DNA from: Harriotta raleighana
Taxonomy: Eukaryota
Length of the DNA: 64,000 nt
Assembly: GCA_050575255.1 (NCBI GenBank)
Contig: JBNZDD010013510.1
Location: 297,636-361,635 of the forward strand
Reading direction: 5' to 3'
Below the pieces are notes generated by a model. It made no database searches and was not told the origin of the DNA. It saw only the letters and a list, made by a program, of their open reading frames with translations. The translations under genes were made by a program, and so were the position numbers. Position 1 is the first letter of the stretch. The number at the start of each line of letters is the position of its first letter. Below are positions 27,381-41,800 of the stretch, in pieces.

Positions 27381-27451
27381 AGTTCCCCCCACTTCAACCC
27401 CGTTCCCCCACCAACATTCCTGACTATAACACTGCCCCCTTTGCTGGCTAC

Positions 27452-27625
27452 AATAATAATAATCCTTGCATTTGATATAGCGCTTTTCATGTCTTCTGGA
27501 CATGAAAGCACTTCACAGAATATACCGTAAAATAAACTGACTATGTGTGTGGATGAAATGCTGCAGCCAATTGCATCAGAGCTTTGTCCCACAAACAGTC
27601 GTGGATTGAAATGAGTAATTTACAG
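27452..27625 (-). mobile_element. Second, 5'-truncated SINE copy in tandem
   Basis: Repeat of aataatccttgcatttgatatagcgcttttca ... tgtcccacaaacagtcgtggattgaaatga. Confidence 0.85.
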
Positions 27626-28751
27626 TATTATTAGAATACATTCTTAGAATAATTTAGAACTGTTACTAGACTGATTTCATGGTTGCTAGTGCATTATTCA
27701 TTTATTATTTAAATATGAATGGAGATAAAGATTAACATTGCAGTATATCATTCCACACGACACATGGTTTTACTTGACTACTCGACTAACCCAACCTAAT
27801 AACAATTCTGTACAAAAACAAGCAAATGTTCCGATTATCCTAGTAGTTTTCCATTGCACTTTTAGCTCAAATATTTAAAAGTTTAGTATTTCAGCAGTAT
27901 GACACAGAGTTGTGTGATATCATTGCTGGGAGCAAATTTATCTGCTGACATTATTTCCTAACCTTTTAAACTTTACAACTGGATTTTGAGCCAAAAGCAG
28001 GGAGAATGGAAACTCACCTAGGGCTACATTTTGCAAAGCATCTGCATTCACTTTTTCATTATAATTAGTCATTTCAATGCTGAGACCATCAAGCACATCA
28101 GCAACAATCACTGGCTCATAATTCACTCTTTCAATCTCCACCAAAATACAGCACAGGTGATCTTTGTTAGAGCAACGTTTGTTGAAACCAGTCATCAGCT
28201 CTTCGAAAATAATGTAATTACTGTACAGTATTTTTGTTTTATTTGTTGCCACACTGACCAGATGTTTCAAATAATTAAACAATGCAGCTTTCAAAATACA
28301 CTTCACGGTATCGAATAATTCAGAAGCTTTCCTGAGCCGTGTTCTATGCCTCTGCCAGTTTCACTGATATAAAATGAGATCAGGCGATTTTTCAAGCACT
28401 GTTCATTTTTTATGCGAGTAAAATTCGCCATGTGCAAACAAGTACAAGTTACATTGAGCAGTGGAAAAGCGACCAGAACAATGTAATACTGCAATAGCAT
28501 GATGGTCGAGATACACAAAATGCCAACCCATGCGATAATGAGGCACGATAGCTGGTTTCACTGCACAAGTGCAGTTGGATGGCTTATTCCCTGCACTCTG
28601 GCTAGTTTCTACCTTTAATAAATGGCCCGACTTCAAGTCATGAGGTCGCCACTGACCTCACTAGCTTTGTGTTGCGCAACTGAAGGATGCAATTTAATGA
28701 CCCCAGAAATCAACCGATTTAGAGCGAGAGATGGCTTCCGGGTGGGAGTTA

Positions 28752-29030
28752 AAACAACAACAACAACAAGAGTTATATGAGCACTTTACACGTAGAATAA
28801 CATCTTAAAGAGCTGTACAATGACTCGGTCAGAAACCAAGCAAGTGAGATTGATTTTGGAGCACTTGAGGACAGGTGAGTTTTAGAGGTCGGTTTTAAGA
28901 CGGAACTTAAGGTCAAAGAAAGTGCAGGGACAAGATGGAGTCTTGAAGGGAAGGAGCTCACCGAGAGATGGAAGTGCAGAGGGGCTGGGGCACATGCAGA
29001 AAGTCTAAGTTACCTGAGTGAAGGACATGA
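28752..29030 (-). mobile_element. Degenerate L2 3' fragment with (TTG)n tail
   Basis: (AAC)n tail and LKTHL-like segment (tctaaaactcacctgt on the minus strand). Confidence 0.6.
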
Positions 29031-29686
29031 GCAGAAGAACTTACAACAGTTTCAACAGCAGTAATGACTCAACAGCTAGGGGTTGAGGAATGTGGCATAC
29101 ATGAACGAATGAGTGTTCTCTGCTTCAGAAAAGTGCAAGGCAAAGGTGGGGTTTAATGTAATTCTGGCTTACACCATTGTACTGTAGGTTCGTTTGTGTT
29201 CAGGTTGATGTAGAAACGTTACCAGTGTGATGATGTAATCTTGCCAATGAGATACAACTATTTTTTTCCCCTTCAGAAAACTCATCACCAAACAGAACTC
29301 TGTGACATCGGGTTCTACACATTCTTTCATTCGCACGTAAGCCTAACATAACTCATCAGTGGCCATTTTGTAGTTCTGAGGAAAACCTGCCATAAATCAA
29401 AGTCACTGATGAGATAACCACAACCAACTATTATTTCAGACGCCACTGTAAATCATTCAGATTCTGCGTTTGCAGTTTACAATGCCCTCTGAATCTCTTG
29501 ATTGTGTAACTGCCTTGTAATTCACATGAACCTACATATTACTGTATTACCTTACCTGGTAGCTGTGTGCAATTGACTGGAGCACAAATTGGTTCTAAGT
29601 AAAATGCTGTTCGATACATCAAATTAGCTCTGAAGCCTACCAACATTTATTGCCTCCCAAAAAGTGCAATTGGATTAACATATAGT

Positions 29687-30024
29687 TAATAATAAATAAT
29701 AATCCTTGCATTCCATATAGTGCTTTTCACGTCTTTTGGAAGTCTCAAAGCGCTTTCCAGAATATATTCTAAAGTGAANGAATGTACGTCTTTTGGAAGT
29801 CTCAAAGCGCTTTCCAGAATATATTCTAAAGTGAATTGATTGTATTTTGTGCAAAACGTAGCATCCAATTCGCACAGCTGTGGATTGAAATGACCAATTT
29901 ATTATTATTTTTCTTTCGAGGGATTATTATCAAGCGTGTGGGAGTAAGGTTTTGCTCTGCTTGGAATCAAACCCAAGTCTCTTGCTTGCAAGGCGAGTGC
30001 TCTAACCACTGAGTTACAGAACTC
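29687..30024 (-). mobile_element. tRNA-derived SINE, full length (contains an assembly duplication at N29779)
   Basis: Minus-strand head GAGTTCTGTAACTCAGTGGTTAGAGCACTCGCCTTGCAAGCAAGAGACTTGGGTTTGATTCC. Confidence 0.87.
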
Positions 30025-32734
30025 TGGTTTGGGGGTTTTACCATAGGTCACGAACATAGGTGTGTCTTGGTAGATGTAGCAGATGTTTCATGCAGCTGGT
30101 ATGTGGCAATGTGTCAACCGGATGAGGTTTACCTGCTGTAAGGTAAATTGCAAGAGCCATCGGAAACAGATGTGGATACCTGTCTTCTCGAGCACATCAA
30201 AACAAGTCAAATACGATTCTCTATGTTACCAGGCAGCCTCAGATCAAGTTGCGTGAAAAGAAAAATCAGTCATCCCATTTCAGTCAACCAATCTCATCAG
30301 AATCACAGTTGCTCAACAAAACTGACACACTAATAATTTTACAAACCCGGGCATATTTTGCTGACGATGTCTAAACAACTCAGCCTTTTCGCAGTCGTTT
30401 TAAAACCGGAATTGTACGCTTTCATTCATGAGCGAAATAAAAGCACAGACATTCCTTTTGATTCTTCAAATTGGCTGCTCCGCTGATCTTTTTTTAAATT
30501 TTGTTACAATCCGTATGGATTACATGGGATATGAGCCATGTTGATTCACCAGGCCTTTTCTGTACATTATTTTCCCATACATACTTCACACCGAACTTTA
30601 AAAAAAAATTGTGAACACACTGCTGTTGCACATTATTGACTCTCTTTTCCCATCACACAGCGACTCGCTGCCAGATGTTAACTCTGCCGCTGAACAGAAA
30701 GCAGCACGTCTCCCACCAATCAGTCGCCAGGGGCCAAAAAGCCATCAGAATCAGCACTATTTGGAAGGATCAGCCATTAGCGCAATAACAGTCAAACTAG
30801 TCATATGGAATTAGATTAATTAGCCGTGAAATGGACAGCAATGAGATTAAACAGCATTTGCGAAAGCTCAGCGACTCCATATAGCAAGCACAGGGTGCTG
30901 CAAACACCCTTTTCACACGTACATTTCCTCACTGCTTCCAGCAATTCGTATTACAAGGCACTCAACACATTAATGAAATAAAAGCGTTGACCTAAAAGCT
31001 GATTTGATTGTCTTCTTTTAAAAGCAAACAATAAACAAGAAAAGGCCTAGCTGTTTGGAGGCAAATCTTATTCAGTGGGGGTTAATCACAATGTTTTCTT
31101 ATTGTTCGATATATACATGTGCACAAAGCAACATTGCAAACCCGGAGCAAAGTGTTGCACTTTCAGATAAGGAAAAATAAAAAGGCACAGTAAATATCAA
31201 ACTATGACATTGACCTTGGCTCTAAATGTTTGAACTATTCTCGTTCCAGACATCAATATTATAACAATAAATGTCTGGCTTGAATGCTGAATTACTAACA
31301 GGCTATTCAGCTGCACTCTTCCATGATATTCGGCTTGACATTGTTAGTACAAGAACCTTTTTCACTATGTTACAGAATGTACCGCAATTTTATGTCACTG
31401 AAGGGACAAGACTTGTCAACTGTAATAAAGTAAAGCTTTTGTAATAATTTTTCCAACAGTGCAAATTCAATGAAAAGTATTATGTTTGCCAGCTGATGTA
31501 TGGAAGGCTCTTTTCTTGACACTGGGAGCAAACCTGCTCAAACCTCTCACTTACCACCCACCCCTCCCCTCCCCCCCCCTCTCTCTCCAACCACCCACAC
31601 AAATTCAATTCCAAATTTTTGGGGAACCCTATTTTTTTTTTAAAAAGTATCTACTAATAATATTCAACCTCATGATGGAAAATACTCACGACTAAGAAAA
31701 ATGATGCCGTAAAGTATTCAGAAGATGAATGAAATGGGAGAGGTTTCATTTAATCCGGACGAAGAAGGTAATTCCACTACAGACGCAAATGTCTGTCTGG
31801 TATGTGTACTGACTGAGTTTTACCATCGATACTGCTTAAAAACTGATTTGTAAAATCACTATGAGTTAAGTTTTGGCCTCTTCAGCTTATTGTTGTTGGG
31901 TATCAGATTGGTTGGCTCTGGTGGCAGTTCCAATCACCTCCCAAATTGGGTTTACCCAGTTAGGCAAACAGGATGTGTCCTTCTAGGGAGAGAGTGCGCA
32001 TTCCATTACAACATTATATCTCTGGCTATTCCACTTGTGGGTGGGATGCATTCTCAGTTTGGTTTGGCTACTCTTAAGCATGCTGGTGGGTTTCCTCATG
32101 TGTCAGACACCCACCCGCCTGACAAAATACCAAGAAAAGTTCATAAGGACATAGTGCATCCTGACATTAGGTTTGACATCACATGAAAGGAATCCAACGA
32201 GTTTTGATGCCATTGTATCATGTGTTGTAAACAGATGAGAAAGGGATCGACTTTCAGGAAGGCTATCCCTTTAATGAGTACATTTCAGGAAATCTACAAC
32301 ACACAGGATATTGCAACTTTTAAAAGGTATCGTACATCGCCACCCTGGTCTCGCTGTTTCTTTTAAAGAAACCATTTGTTCCAAACCCATTCTCAAGCTG
32401 TAACATTGGCCTATATGCTTAATGAATCAAATGGAAACATAAAATTGATTGTGTAAAATGGCATGTTAGCTGGAGTGCACTCAAGACTAAAGTCTAATTG
32501 TAGCTTCAGTTTTTCACTTAACTTTGTGCATGCCATGATGAAATGAGACACAGGTAGATGTTTATTTAAAAAGTACTTTACTCAATACATTAAAGGGAAT
32601 GTTACATTTTGAATTTTGTATAATTTAAAAATGCAGTACTAAATATAGTATTGTTTATTCAGATGTTCTGTAAAGAATGTGTTTGAGCAACTCTGCTGTT
32701 TAGAATTAGGATTTGATGTTTATGTTTTTGAGCT

Positions 32735-33150
32735 GCAAGACAATAATGTGGCACCTTATCATGTCTCAAAAGTTTTCCTATTAAGTGGAGTGACTGTGCA
32801 TTCAAAGGCAAGTATGGCAGCTAATTTACATACAGCAATGTTCCACAAATAGTGATGAAGCGAATTATCAATTTAAAAAAATTTGGGTGGATTGTTGATC
32901 GGGAGAAGATTCCTTCTCTTTGCAAATTGTGCTTTGGGCAATTTCACATCCACCTGAACAGACATTCACAACCTCAGTTTTACATATCTTCCGTAGGACA
33001 GCATCTCTGACAATGCAGTCCTCTCTCAGCACTACAATGACATATCAGCCCAGATTATAAGATTGAAGTCCCAGAAAGATTCGAACCTACAACCTTCAAG
33101 CAAGGTTGCTTGAACCAAGACTGCTACTAATTGAGTTTGGCTGACACCCA
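32735..33150 (-). mobile_element. Older full-length Deu-domain SINE of a second family (resembles SacSINE/AmnSINE-type elements)
   Basis: tRNA-like head (GGTTCGAATC B box), central CTGCATTGTCAGAGATGCTGTC...AAACTGAGG...TGTTCAGGTGGATGTGAAA, Deu block and L2-like tail. Confidence 0.75.
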
Positions 33151-35499
33151 AATATCTGATTCCACATGATTCAATCCACCTATCCTATTGAAAGTAAAAC
33201 AGCCTTGGGTCAAAGAGCTTTTAAACATACTTTGTTGCATCCTTTGGAATCTAATGTTCAACCTATATCAAACCCACAGCAGCTATGCACATATACCAAA
33301 TATTCCCCTGAAGCAATACAATAATTAACAAATGTTCTTGTGATTTAGCTGGGAGAAGTATTTTCAAGTACATTCCAAGAGGTCTATGGGTTATTACTGT
33401 AGACTGTAAACATTGGTTATTTCACCACAGAGATTATGAGTATTTAAATACATTTACCTCAGATAACCAGTTAGCAACCGGCAGCATCAACAGAGGCAAC
33501 TGAGCAGATCTGGTGTATATGGAGGCTCTTAAGGTTCATTGCCTCATAAATGTCTGGCATGAAACTGAATAAGGAATATTCTGACTGGGCTTTCAGTTAC
33601 CAAGAGACCATAACAGCGAGAACCCCCCCCCCAACAGTCTGCGTGGGGTTTAGATATAATGAGGCAAGCAGAGGAACAAGCTAACATTTGCTCCAGATGT
33701 GTAACAGCATTTTTCTGCTTACAATCTGGGTTGGTTAAGCCAAAACAGGTAAAAAGGTATTCCTCGCAGCAACTCAGATTTAGTAAGTCGCAAAGTATCA
33801 AGCATGTAAATCTGCAGCTGAGGCGCTATCTTGTGCGCACTGTCTAGTGGTCTGGGAGGATTCTGACAATTCAAGTTAACCCTACTGTGAGAAACTGTAC
33901 AATGTGAGGTTCTGTTCACTGACTGACTTTGGAACAAAATCAGGAAAGAACAAAGCCGCTTCAGTGCTGCCGTTCCCTGTGGTTTGGTAACTCCTCCGGT
34001 ATTATATGGTCAGTACACAGAGCTAATTCTCATGTAAGTCATTCCAATTTGAATGACTGCCAATGATAAGTTATAACACAATTCTATTCAATCTTGTTAT
34101 GCTCGTAAATGTTCAGTCCATAAAGGCCGATGTAGACTGATCTAAACTCCTAGACTATGACTAGGGCAACAATAGCAAACAGAAAAGAGATCGGGGACGA
34201 CGACGAAAGAAAAACATTTTAGACACATTCAAGATGAAACAAATAAATAAATTTGATTGATTTCTGACGACCCCAGTCAAAAATGCTTGGTTCTTTATGG
34301 GACATGATAATTTGGATGGGAGTTTCTGTGCATACTTTCTGTTAATCCAATTCTAATATTGCTAATGCTCCACATTCACTCCTGCTAATTCAACACTTGT
34401 CTACTCATTCATCTTTCATCAGCCAATTTCCTAATAATTTCAGGATTACCTAACATAACATGTCTCTATGTCTTAGAAACAAATCTGATCTCTTTTCATG
34501 CAGCTGAAAGGAATCATTGTATAGTACATTCTTCATTCAACTAGTCCAAAGTATAAGGTTAGAAACCCTAAAGTCTTTGGCAATTAGACAGGTCAGGGTC
34601 ATGGCTTATTTTAATCAACTAATAGCAGTGATATCAAACTGGAACAAATTCAATGTAATTTATGTAAGAAATAATGGTTTATAAATGGCTTTACCTGAAC
34701 AATTGCATTGTTTTCTTCTAAAATAACCAGTAAAAAGTTCTATTTATCCCTAGGTTACTATTTTGTTTGCAAAACGATTTAGAAAACATGCAAATGTGAT
34801 TGTCTGTCCTATTTTCTTTCTCATATCTTGATGATGTAAAAAAAAATGAAGCACTGTGCGAGTGGTTTTCAAAAGGCTGGTTTCTTTTTGCCTTTGAAAG
34901 AGGTTAAATAAAGACAGGGAAGCAGCAGAGATCCCAAATCTATCGAAACCGCTTGCATTTATCCTGCAACAATAACAACTTGAAGCCACCTGTTTGAGCT
35001 TGGTTCATTGGCTTCCACCAACACAAATCACTTTGGAATCATAAGGCGCAAATCAAACTTACAATCATTTTCAATGCTGATTCAATGTTCTTTCCATGTT
35101 CTATCAACCCTAATGCTGCAGCATAAATGATGCATTAGTTCCAGCGAAAGGGTTAAAGGATGAACAGTCTTAAATGTTGCACCTGTGTCAATGGATCTAA
35201 ATGAATTTAAAATGGCAATTCTATATTTGATATATTGTACTGAATCTCATTCCAGAAATTATTCATTTTGTCAGATTCCTTCTGAAAGCTCTTCAATGCT
35301 GGAATCACTTACATTTTACTAATGTTTCACTAATACAGTACGCTCGTGTCAACCACAGCCTGTGGTTTACATGATCACAAGTTCAGTCTCTGCACTTCCT
35401 CTAGTGCCTGGACAGCCCCCTTATGTCACAGTGACCAGACTGTATGTAGTATTCCTGGTACAGTCTTGTTAGAACATTGCACAGTCTGAAAATGACCTT

Positions 35500-35810
35500 T
35501 CGGGGATCTAGACTCAACTGATTTGGCAATGTAACCCAGCATCCTGTTTGTCTTGTTTAGTGCTTTATCTAAGAGTGTTAGTTGACTCACCCACTGCTCA
35601 CCGTGTCAAACTCACATGATTTTGATATAGTGTGCAATGAGTCACTAACATACTGAGATCTTTCAGCATTCCGCTTGGCAAATTCAATCACATTTATGCA
35701 TTGCTTGCATTTCCAGATCTTGGATCCTACATATAGTACTTTGCATTTATCAGTACAGTGTTAACTCAATGTGTTAGTTATCAGCCCATATCAAGCTGTC
35801 TATTGCAGCA
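35500..35810 (-). mobile_element. Highly decayed CR1 RT fragment
   Basis: Minus strand reads KCKVL and NRMLGYI, typical of the CR1 RT C-terminal region. Confidence 0.55.
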
Positions 35811-35846
35811 TGATCGCCTCTTCCGATTTCACAGCAGTGGCAGCAC

Positions 35847-36129
35847 TAATAATAATGATGCTTGCAATTGATATGGTGGTTTTGACGTCTCAAAGCACTT
35901 CACAGAATATACTGTACTGTACATATGTGGATTGAAACATGGCAGTCAATTCCACACAGCAGTGTCCCACAAACAATCGTGGATTGAAATGACCAATTAA
36001 TTTTTTTTTGAGGAAATACTATTAGCGCATAGAGTAAGATAACTTGCCCAAAGTTTCACCCTGTCTGGAACTGAATCCAGGTTTCTCGCTTGTAAGGCGA
36101 ATACTCTGTCTCCTGAGCAATAGGACTCC
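35847..36129 (-). mobile_element. tRNA-derived SINE, full length
   Basis: Same family as 27077 and 29687; head GGAGTCCTATTGCTCAGG..TTCGCCTTACAAGCGAGAAACCTGGATTCAGTTCC. Confidence 0.85.
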
Positions 36130-36228
36130 AAAGATAGTTTAATCAGATTCTGGGCTCCAAATTAGGAAGGGGGAGAAATTAAATCAGACCAGATATCTAC
36201 TCTTCATCACTAGAGATCCCTGCTGCAA

Positions 36229-36262
36229 ATGTGTGAGTGTGTGTGTGTGTGAGAGAGAGAGA
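36229..36262. repeat. Compound (GT)n(GA)n microsatellite
   Basis: gtgtgagtgtgtgtgtgtgtgagagagagaga. Confidence 0.9.
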
Positions 36263-38529
36263 TAACGGTTGGTTGTAAAATCCAACCTGATTGCAAAGTT
36301 CCCAACAATCAACAGCAACTTGTGTAAGATAAAGCTGGGCAACTGGTAAACTCAAGAAAAAACTCTGAGAAAAAATAATGAGTCAAACGCCTTGGGAGGG
36401 AAGCAAAGTGGGGAAAATTAGTGGCCAAACTGGTGAGAGAAAAAAGGATCATTCTGACTATACTGATTATTTATCCTGTCCAGAATTAGTCCTTGCAGGG
36501 GGCCAGAACAAAGACGGTTTGTTATACACTGAGAATCTGACGCAGTTTTTTTTTGAATAACACACTCTCTTTTGTACGACTGAGTACACCCCAAGCATCT
36601 CAAAGGAAGACAAAATAAGACCTTACCCCCGCATGGGAAATTAAGGAACACCCATATTGCTTAAATATTACTGAGACTCATTGTAAGTTTCCAAATGTTC
36701 ATCGTAATTTCAGATGGTGTGAGTAAAGTAACTGCCATCTTTTGAAATTAAAAGTTTATTCTAATGTCTATTTTATTTAAAGACCATTAAAAATGAAGCT
36801 TTGCAAAAAACACAGAACTAAGTATAAACCTTCTACTTCCAGATACTTCTGGAACTAAGCACATCATCAACTGTGGTCTCCACTCAGCATAAAAAATGCT
36901 GCACACTCGATCATTGAGAAAAATCAACCAATGCACCTTTCTCCCTCCCCCTGGCTCGGCATTGAGCTGCACCATTGTTAAGCACTCTGAGATGCCATGC
37001 CCAGCGTGGAGGAGTCTATATAAATGCATGTTGTTGTTGTTTCTTGCAAATCTATTCCAAGACCCTTACAAAGCTAGGTCTAACCTGGGAAGGTATTAAC
37101 ACACTTACACACGATGGCCACAATGAAAAGTTACAAATTGTTTTACTAAGACAGTACGCTTGTGTCTTCCAGAAGAGTTGAAAAAGAAAATCAACTTTCA
37201 ACCAGCAAGCTGTATGAGCTTGTGATACGCTGCTTTGTGAAAGGCAAACAAGATAAGCCTTCTCACTTTACATTTACTTCAATTCCAGAGAGCTCTCGTT
37301 CCTGTGTCTGATTGATTTATAAAAAAGCTCAACAGACAAAATTTGGCCTCCTAATTATTTTTAACTGAAGTTCTAAGTTTGGCTAAAATTCGGTTCGGTC
37401 ACCAAAGTTTAGATGAGTTTCTGACGGGTCATTGATGGAGCAAAAAGGCAGAAAACCTCAATGAAGCTTTGCGCTCTGGAGAAGAATAGGTTGATATTTT
37501 TCTTCTAGACTCCAGTAAAAGTCTAAGTCCTGGCAATGGATCACAGAACATCATTGGTGACAGCAGATTGGATCTCAGCTGGAGGAAGTGTGGATGCAAA
37601 AGATTTCATGAGGGAGAAATGTAGGCAAGACAAGGTTTTTTAAATTAAAAAAAACACTAAAACTTACATTTTAGTCATTCTAACAGCATGAAAAGGTACA
37701 ATTATTTAAACATTTCACTTGGTAACAATACACAGAGGATACTGTGTACTTAAATACACAGCATGTATAAAGAAGTGAATGAATGCAAATGCTGATTTCA
37801 TTGATGTACATGCTTGCATACGTAGTAATTCAATTTTATAATGATTTTCTTCCTCAACAGGGAAATTATTCTGCGTAACAAAATCACCCACACCTTGACC
37901 TTATTAAGTGCAATTAACTGTCCAGTGAACATTGAGCAATTTTCTGAACGTAACTCAATTTGGGCTTACGTGGGCTTTGACTTTCAATCAAATAGGAGGC
38001 AAATAGGAACAAGATTGTACGGCTGACGGACGCAACTTTGCAAAAGCAATCTGTTTTGGGGGGCTTAAATTGTAGCTTTGCAAATGTATTAAAATGTACA
38101 GTAAACAAGTTGCACAAGCCACAAAAGCATTGATATTTTAACATTCAAAAGCCATTTGAGTGGACAGAGCCCATTTCCAAAATTTAGAATTTCTATTCCA
38201 TTCCACATCAAAATTTATATATTTTACTTCTGCAAGAATGAACCACAACAAACAACAAATTATCTTTGTGTAGCACCTTTCATAATTTATATCCTGGTTT
38301 TGCTTGTTCATTCTGGAAGCATTTAAATGTTTTCTCTATTTGCTGGGTTTAAANGAACCACAACAAACAACAAATTATCTTTGTGTAGCACCCTTCATAA
38401 TTTATATCCTGGTTTTGTTTGTTCATTCTGGAAGCATTTAAATGTTTTCTCTATTTGCTGGGTTTAAACAATTCTATTTATTGTTCTGTACCTGAATAGA
38501 TGAATTATAAACTATCCATTTAGGGTAAG

Positions 38530-38870
38530 AAAATAGAAATAGAGGAACAAGAGGAGCCTATTCGACCATCAAGACTGTCCCACCAATTTCCAAAGTCGTG
38601 GCTGCCCACAATTCACCTCCCTGTCCTCTCTTCATCCCCTGATACCCGTCTATCAAATATTTAATGAATTGCCTTTTAAATTCTTCAATTTACACTGCCT
38701 CCACTGCCCTCTGCGGGAGTGAATTCCACACTGCCACCACCCACTGCGTGAAAAAATATTTCCTTATTTTGCCTTTAAACGGTTTAGCCCCAAGTTTAAG
38801 ACTATGGCTTCAATTCTCTCACCAGAGGAAGCAGTTGCTCATGATTCAGCCTGTTAAATCCCATTATAAA
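38530..38870 (-). mobile_element. CR1 LINE 3' fragment
   Basis: gagtgaattccacactgccaccacccactgcgtgaaaaaatatttcct, whose minus strand reads RKYFFTQWVVAVWNSL; CR1-type 3' UTR. Confidence 0.8.
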
Positions 38871-41800
38871 AATTCCTTTAAGGGCTGGGTAAGACTCCAA
38901 TAAATAGAATTGTTTGATGTTTTTACCTCCTCAAATAGTTACTTATATCCTGACACACCTCAAACACAAAAACAGAGAAAATCAAGTAAATTAACAGATT
39001 TATAACATGAGTAATGATTTAGATTTGGACCCATGCTGGCTACAATGCAGTTTAAAAGACATACATCCACCTCAAGGAACAAACCATCGATCAATATGTT
39101 GACCCACAGGGTAAAGATGCAACTCAAATCAGAACAGTTCAATTTACAAGTGTTAGTTTGCTGAAAGGTGAAGGAAAGTCAAGGCAGAATTGCAGTAGAA
39201 TAAAAGATACAACACTATCAAAAGAATGGAAGTATCTGATCAGAGCTACTAATGTAAGAGATTGTGGTGGAGTTCGCACTCTATTTTTATTATAGGCAGA
39301 ACTCACTACTTGCAACTCTTGAGTTGCCGTTTGCTATTAACAACATCACATTTTAGACCCCTGAGGCAGGATTTATAACAGATCTTTTCCTTTCTCTTGG
39401 AAAAAATAGTAACTAATAATAGAAATTTTCATTCAGTGATTGAGCTTAAATAGATCTTTACAATCCTAAAGGTAAGGCATCCCGAAATCTTTAAGGTGAA
39501 TTATCACTGGTCAACAAAGTATTGAGTTGCACTCCCTGAATCACTGAAGATCACAAATTGGAAACCAACTTTATTGGAATGCTTACTTATGGAGATGTTT
39601 AGTGCATTTCTGTAGTATTTTAGAGAATCCAGAAATAGACAAACTGTTGGAATTCAGGCTCAACTTTGAAGCCAGTTAACTGAAACTCCAATCTGGTGTC
39701 CCTCTAACTTTCCCTATTCTCCTCAATTTCAAAGCTTTCCTTCAGACACATCTTTTCGAATTGCACTTTCAATCATTTTTCCTGTCCATCCCTCCACTCC
39801 ATATCCTCTTCCTCCTTAGCTGTTTTTTTTCCTTCCGTGTCTTACAGGATTTGTTTCGAATGGACCCATAATATTTTGTTTTAAAAAAATAAGGCCCACT
39901 ATAGTTCAATAAGCGATGATTGGAAAAAATTGCTAACATAGTGCCCACAAAGAAACAATGTTTAAATTTAGCAAAACTCCAGGGTAAATGATGTCAATGC
40001 CAGAGAGGGAGAGGGGTAAAAAAAAAGCTTTTTTTTGGGTTTAGTATCATTTATGTAGAACATTAATTCCCTACAGAGAGGGAGAAGGGTGAATAAATAT
40101 CTTCAAATTTTAAAAATAAGTGTTCCCTTGTCTATCTGAAATTATTCATTCCCATATGCCAAATGGATAAACAATTAAATAGAATATAATGAAAGCAACT
40201 TTTCTCATTCCCAAAAATTGTTTGAAAGGAACTGGAAAGTTTTTAATTACACTATAAACTTGCAAGGGTTATTAACTTGTTTGATTTTTTTTTCCCCCAC
40301 CATAAACTGGCAATAGCCTTCCCAACAATATAATCAAAACATTTCATTCCCCTTTGTCATAATCTAACACAGCAGCCTATAAATTGAAGCTCTGTACCTC
40401 GATGATCCTAGATTCAAATCTCAGTTGAATGTCTTGACTCAGATTAATTTTTGTTGGGTCTCCAGTTTTGTTTCAGGGATGTAAATCCTCCTCGGGAGGA
40501 AGGGGAGGTTAGAAAGGAAGCAATCAGAGGTCGGGCTGGGAATACCCATCACCCACCATTATATTCCTCTCTGGGCCAATCAAAGNATTTCAGGGATGTA
40601 AATCCTCCTCAGGAGGAAGGGGAGGTTAGAAAGGAAGCAATCAGAGGTCGGACTGGGAATACCCATCACCCACCATTATATTCCTCTCTGGGCCAATCAA
40701 AGCTATATTTATCATGTGGAGACAAGCCATGGGCACATGCCGAACTCTAGACTTGGGTGTTTTTTTTTCCAAAAACAATTTTTTATTAAAGAGCTGATTG
40801 TACGACTGACTTCAATAAGATTAACAAATGGTCTATTGAGAGCTCCGAAGCGATTCAACAGACCACCTGAGAGTATAAAATGGACCACTGATAAGCCCTC
40901 CAACTCTCATCCACCCCATTGCATTTGTCCTGCAGATGGGAACAGAAACTGCTCTTGTGGTAACATACAAGAGTCATTTGTCAAATATTAAAGTAGGGGG
41001 GGAAATATCTATGAATTTTTTTTAAGAAAAAGGTTTCAGCTTCAGTTAAGCAGCAAGGATTAAATATTTGATGAGTTTCAATTTATACTATTACTGATCT
41101 TCACACTGATCCCTTACACAAGAATTGGCCACATGCATTACTTATGCAAACCATTACTGACTGCCAAGAAAATAGACCTCTGCATGAAGACTCATTTCCT
41201 AACAGCTGGTTTCTGTAGAACATGTCAGCAGTGAATGAATAGGTCAAATGTATTTGTATTGCACAAGATGTGGAGGAGGCCAACACATTTGGGATTTACA
41301 CAGGCCTAGGATTGGCTCTATTGAGTGTAATTCTCATACGCATTATTCCAAGAAATACTAAATACAACTAATTAAACACAATGCACAAAGAGTCACCTCC
41401 CACCTCCACCCTTGGTGGGCATCCAACCCACCATTGTTGAGTGCTCCGATACACTTATCCTACTTGAAAGAACCTATATACAGTAGATGCAAGTTATTGT
41501 TGTTGAGCCTGGGGAAAATATTTCCCAGAAAGGACAAACCAAATTCCTCTACATTATTCTTGTGAGCCAGTTAGTTGTCAGACTTGTGCCTATATCCTTA
41601 TTAATAACAGCTGACACAGAATTGATGAAACTGGTCGCTAGTTTCCCAGGAGCACTCCATCATTCAGAGTAAGCCCGTGTGCTGATTAAGCATATCATGG
41701 AGGCAAAGAGACATCTACTATTCTTTAACATCAACTCTTTGTGCCGACTCAGAACAGATGAAGCAACCAGCACTGAAAAGATCGTCATTATTAAAAAAAA

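Noticed and set aside
29950-30024. tRNA-like sequences (also ~27310-27380, ~36060-36129, ~58100-58168, ~60530-60601)
   Set aside because: These are SINE heads, each attached to a SINE body and mutually divergent; they are not functional tRNA genes.
40470-40705. Direct repeats suggesting an array or CRISPR-like structure
   Set aside because: Only two copies separated by an N, with no spacers, in a eukaryotic context.
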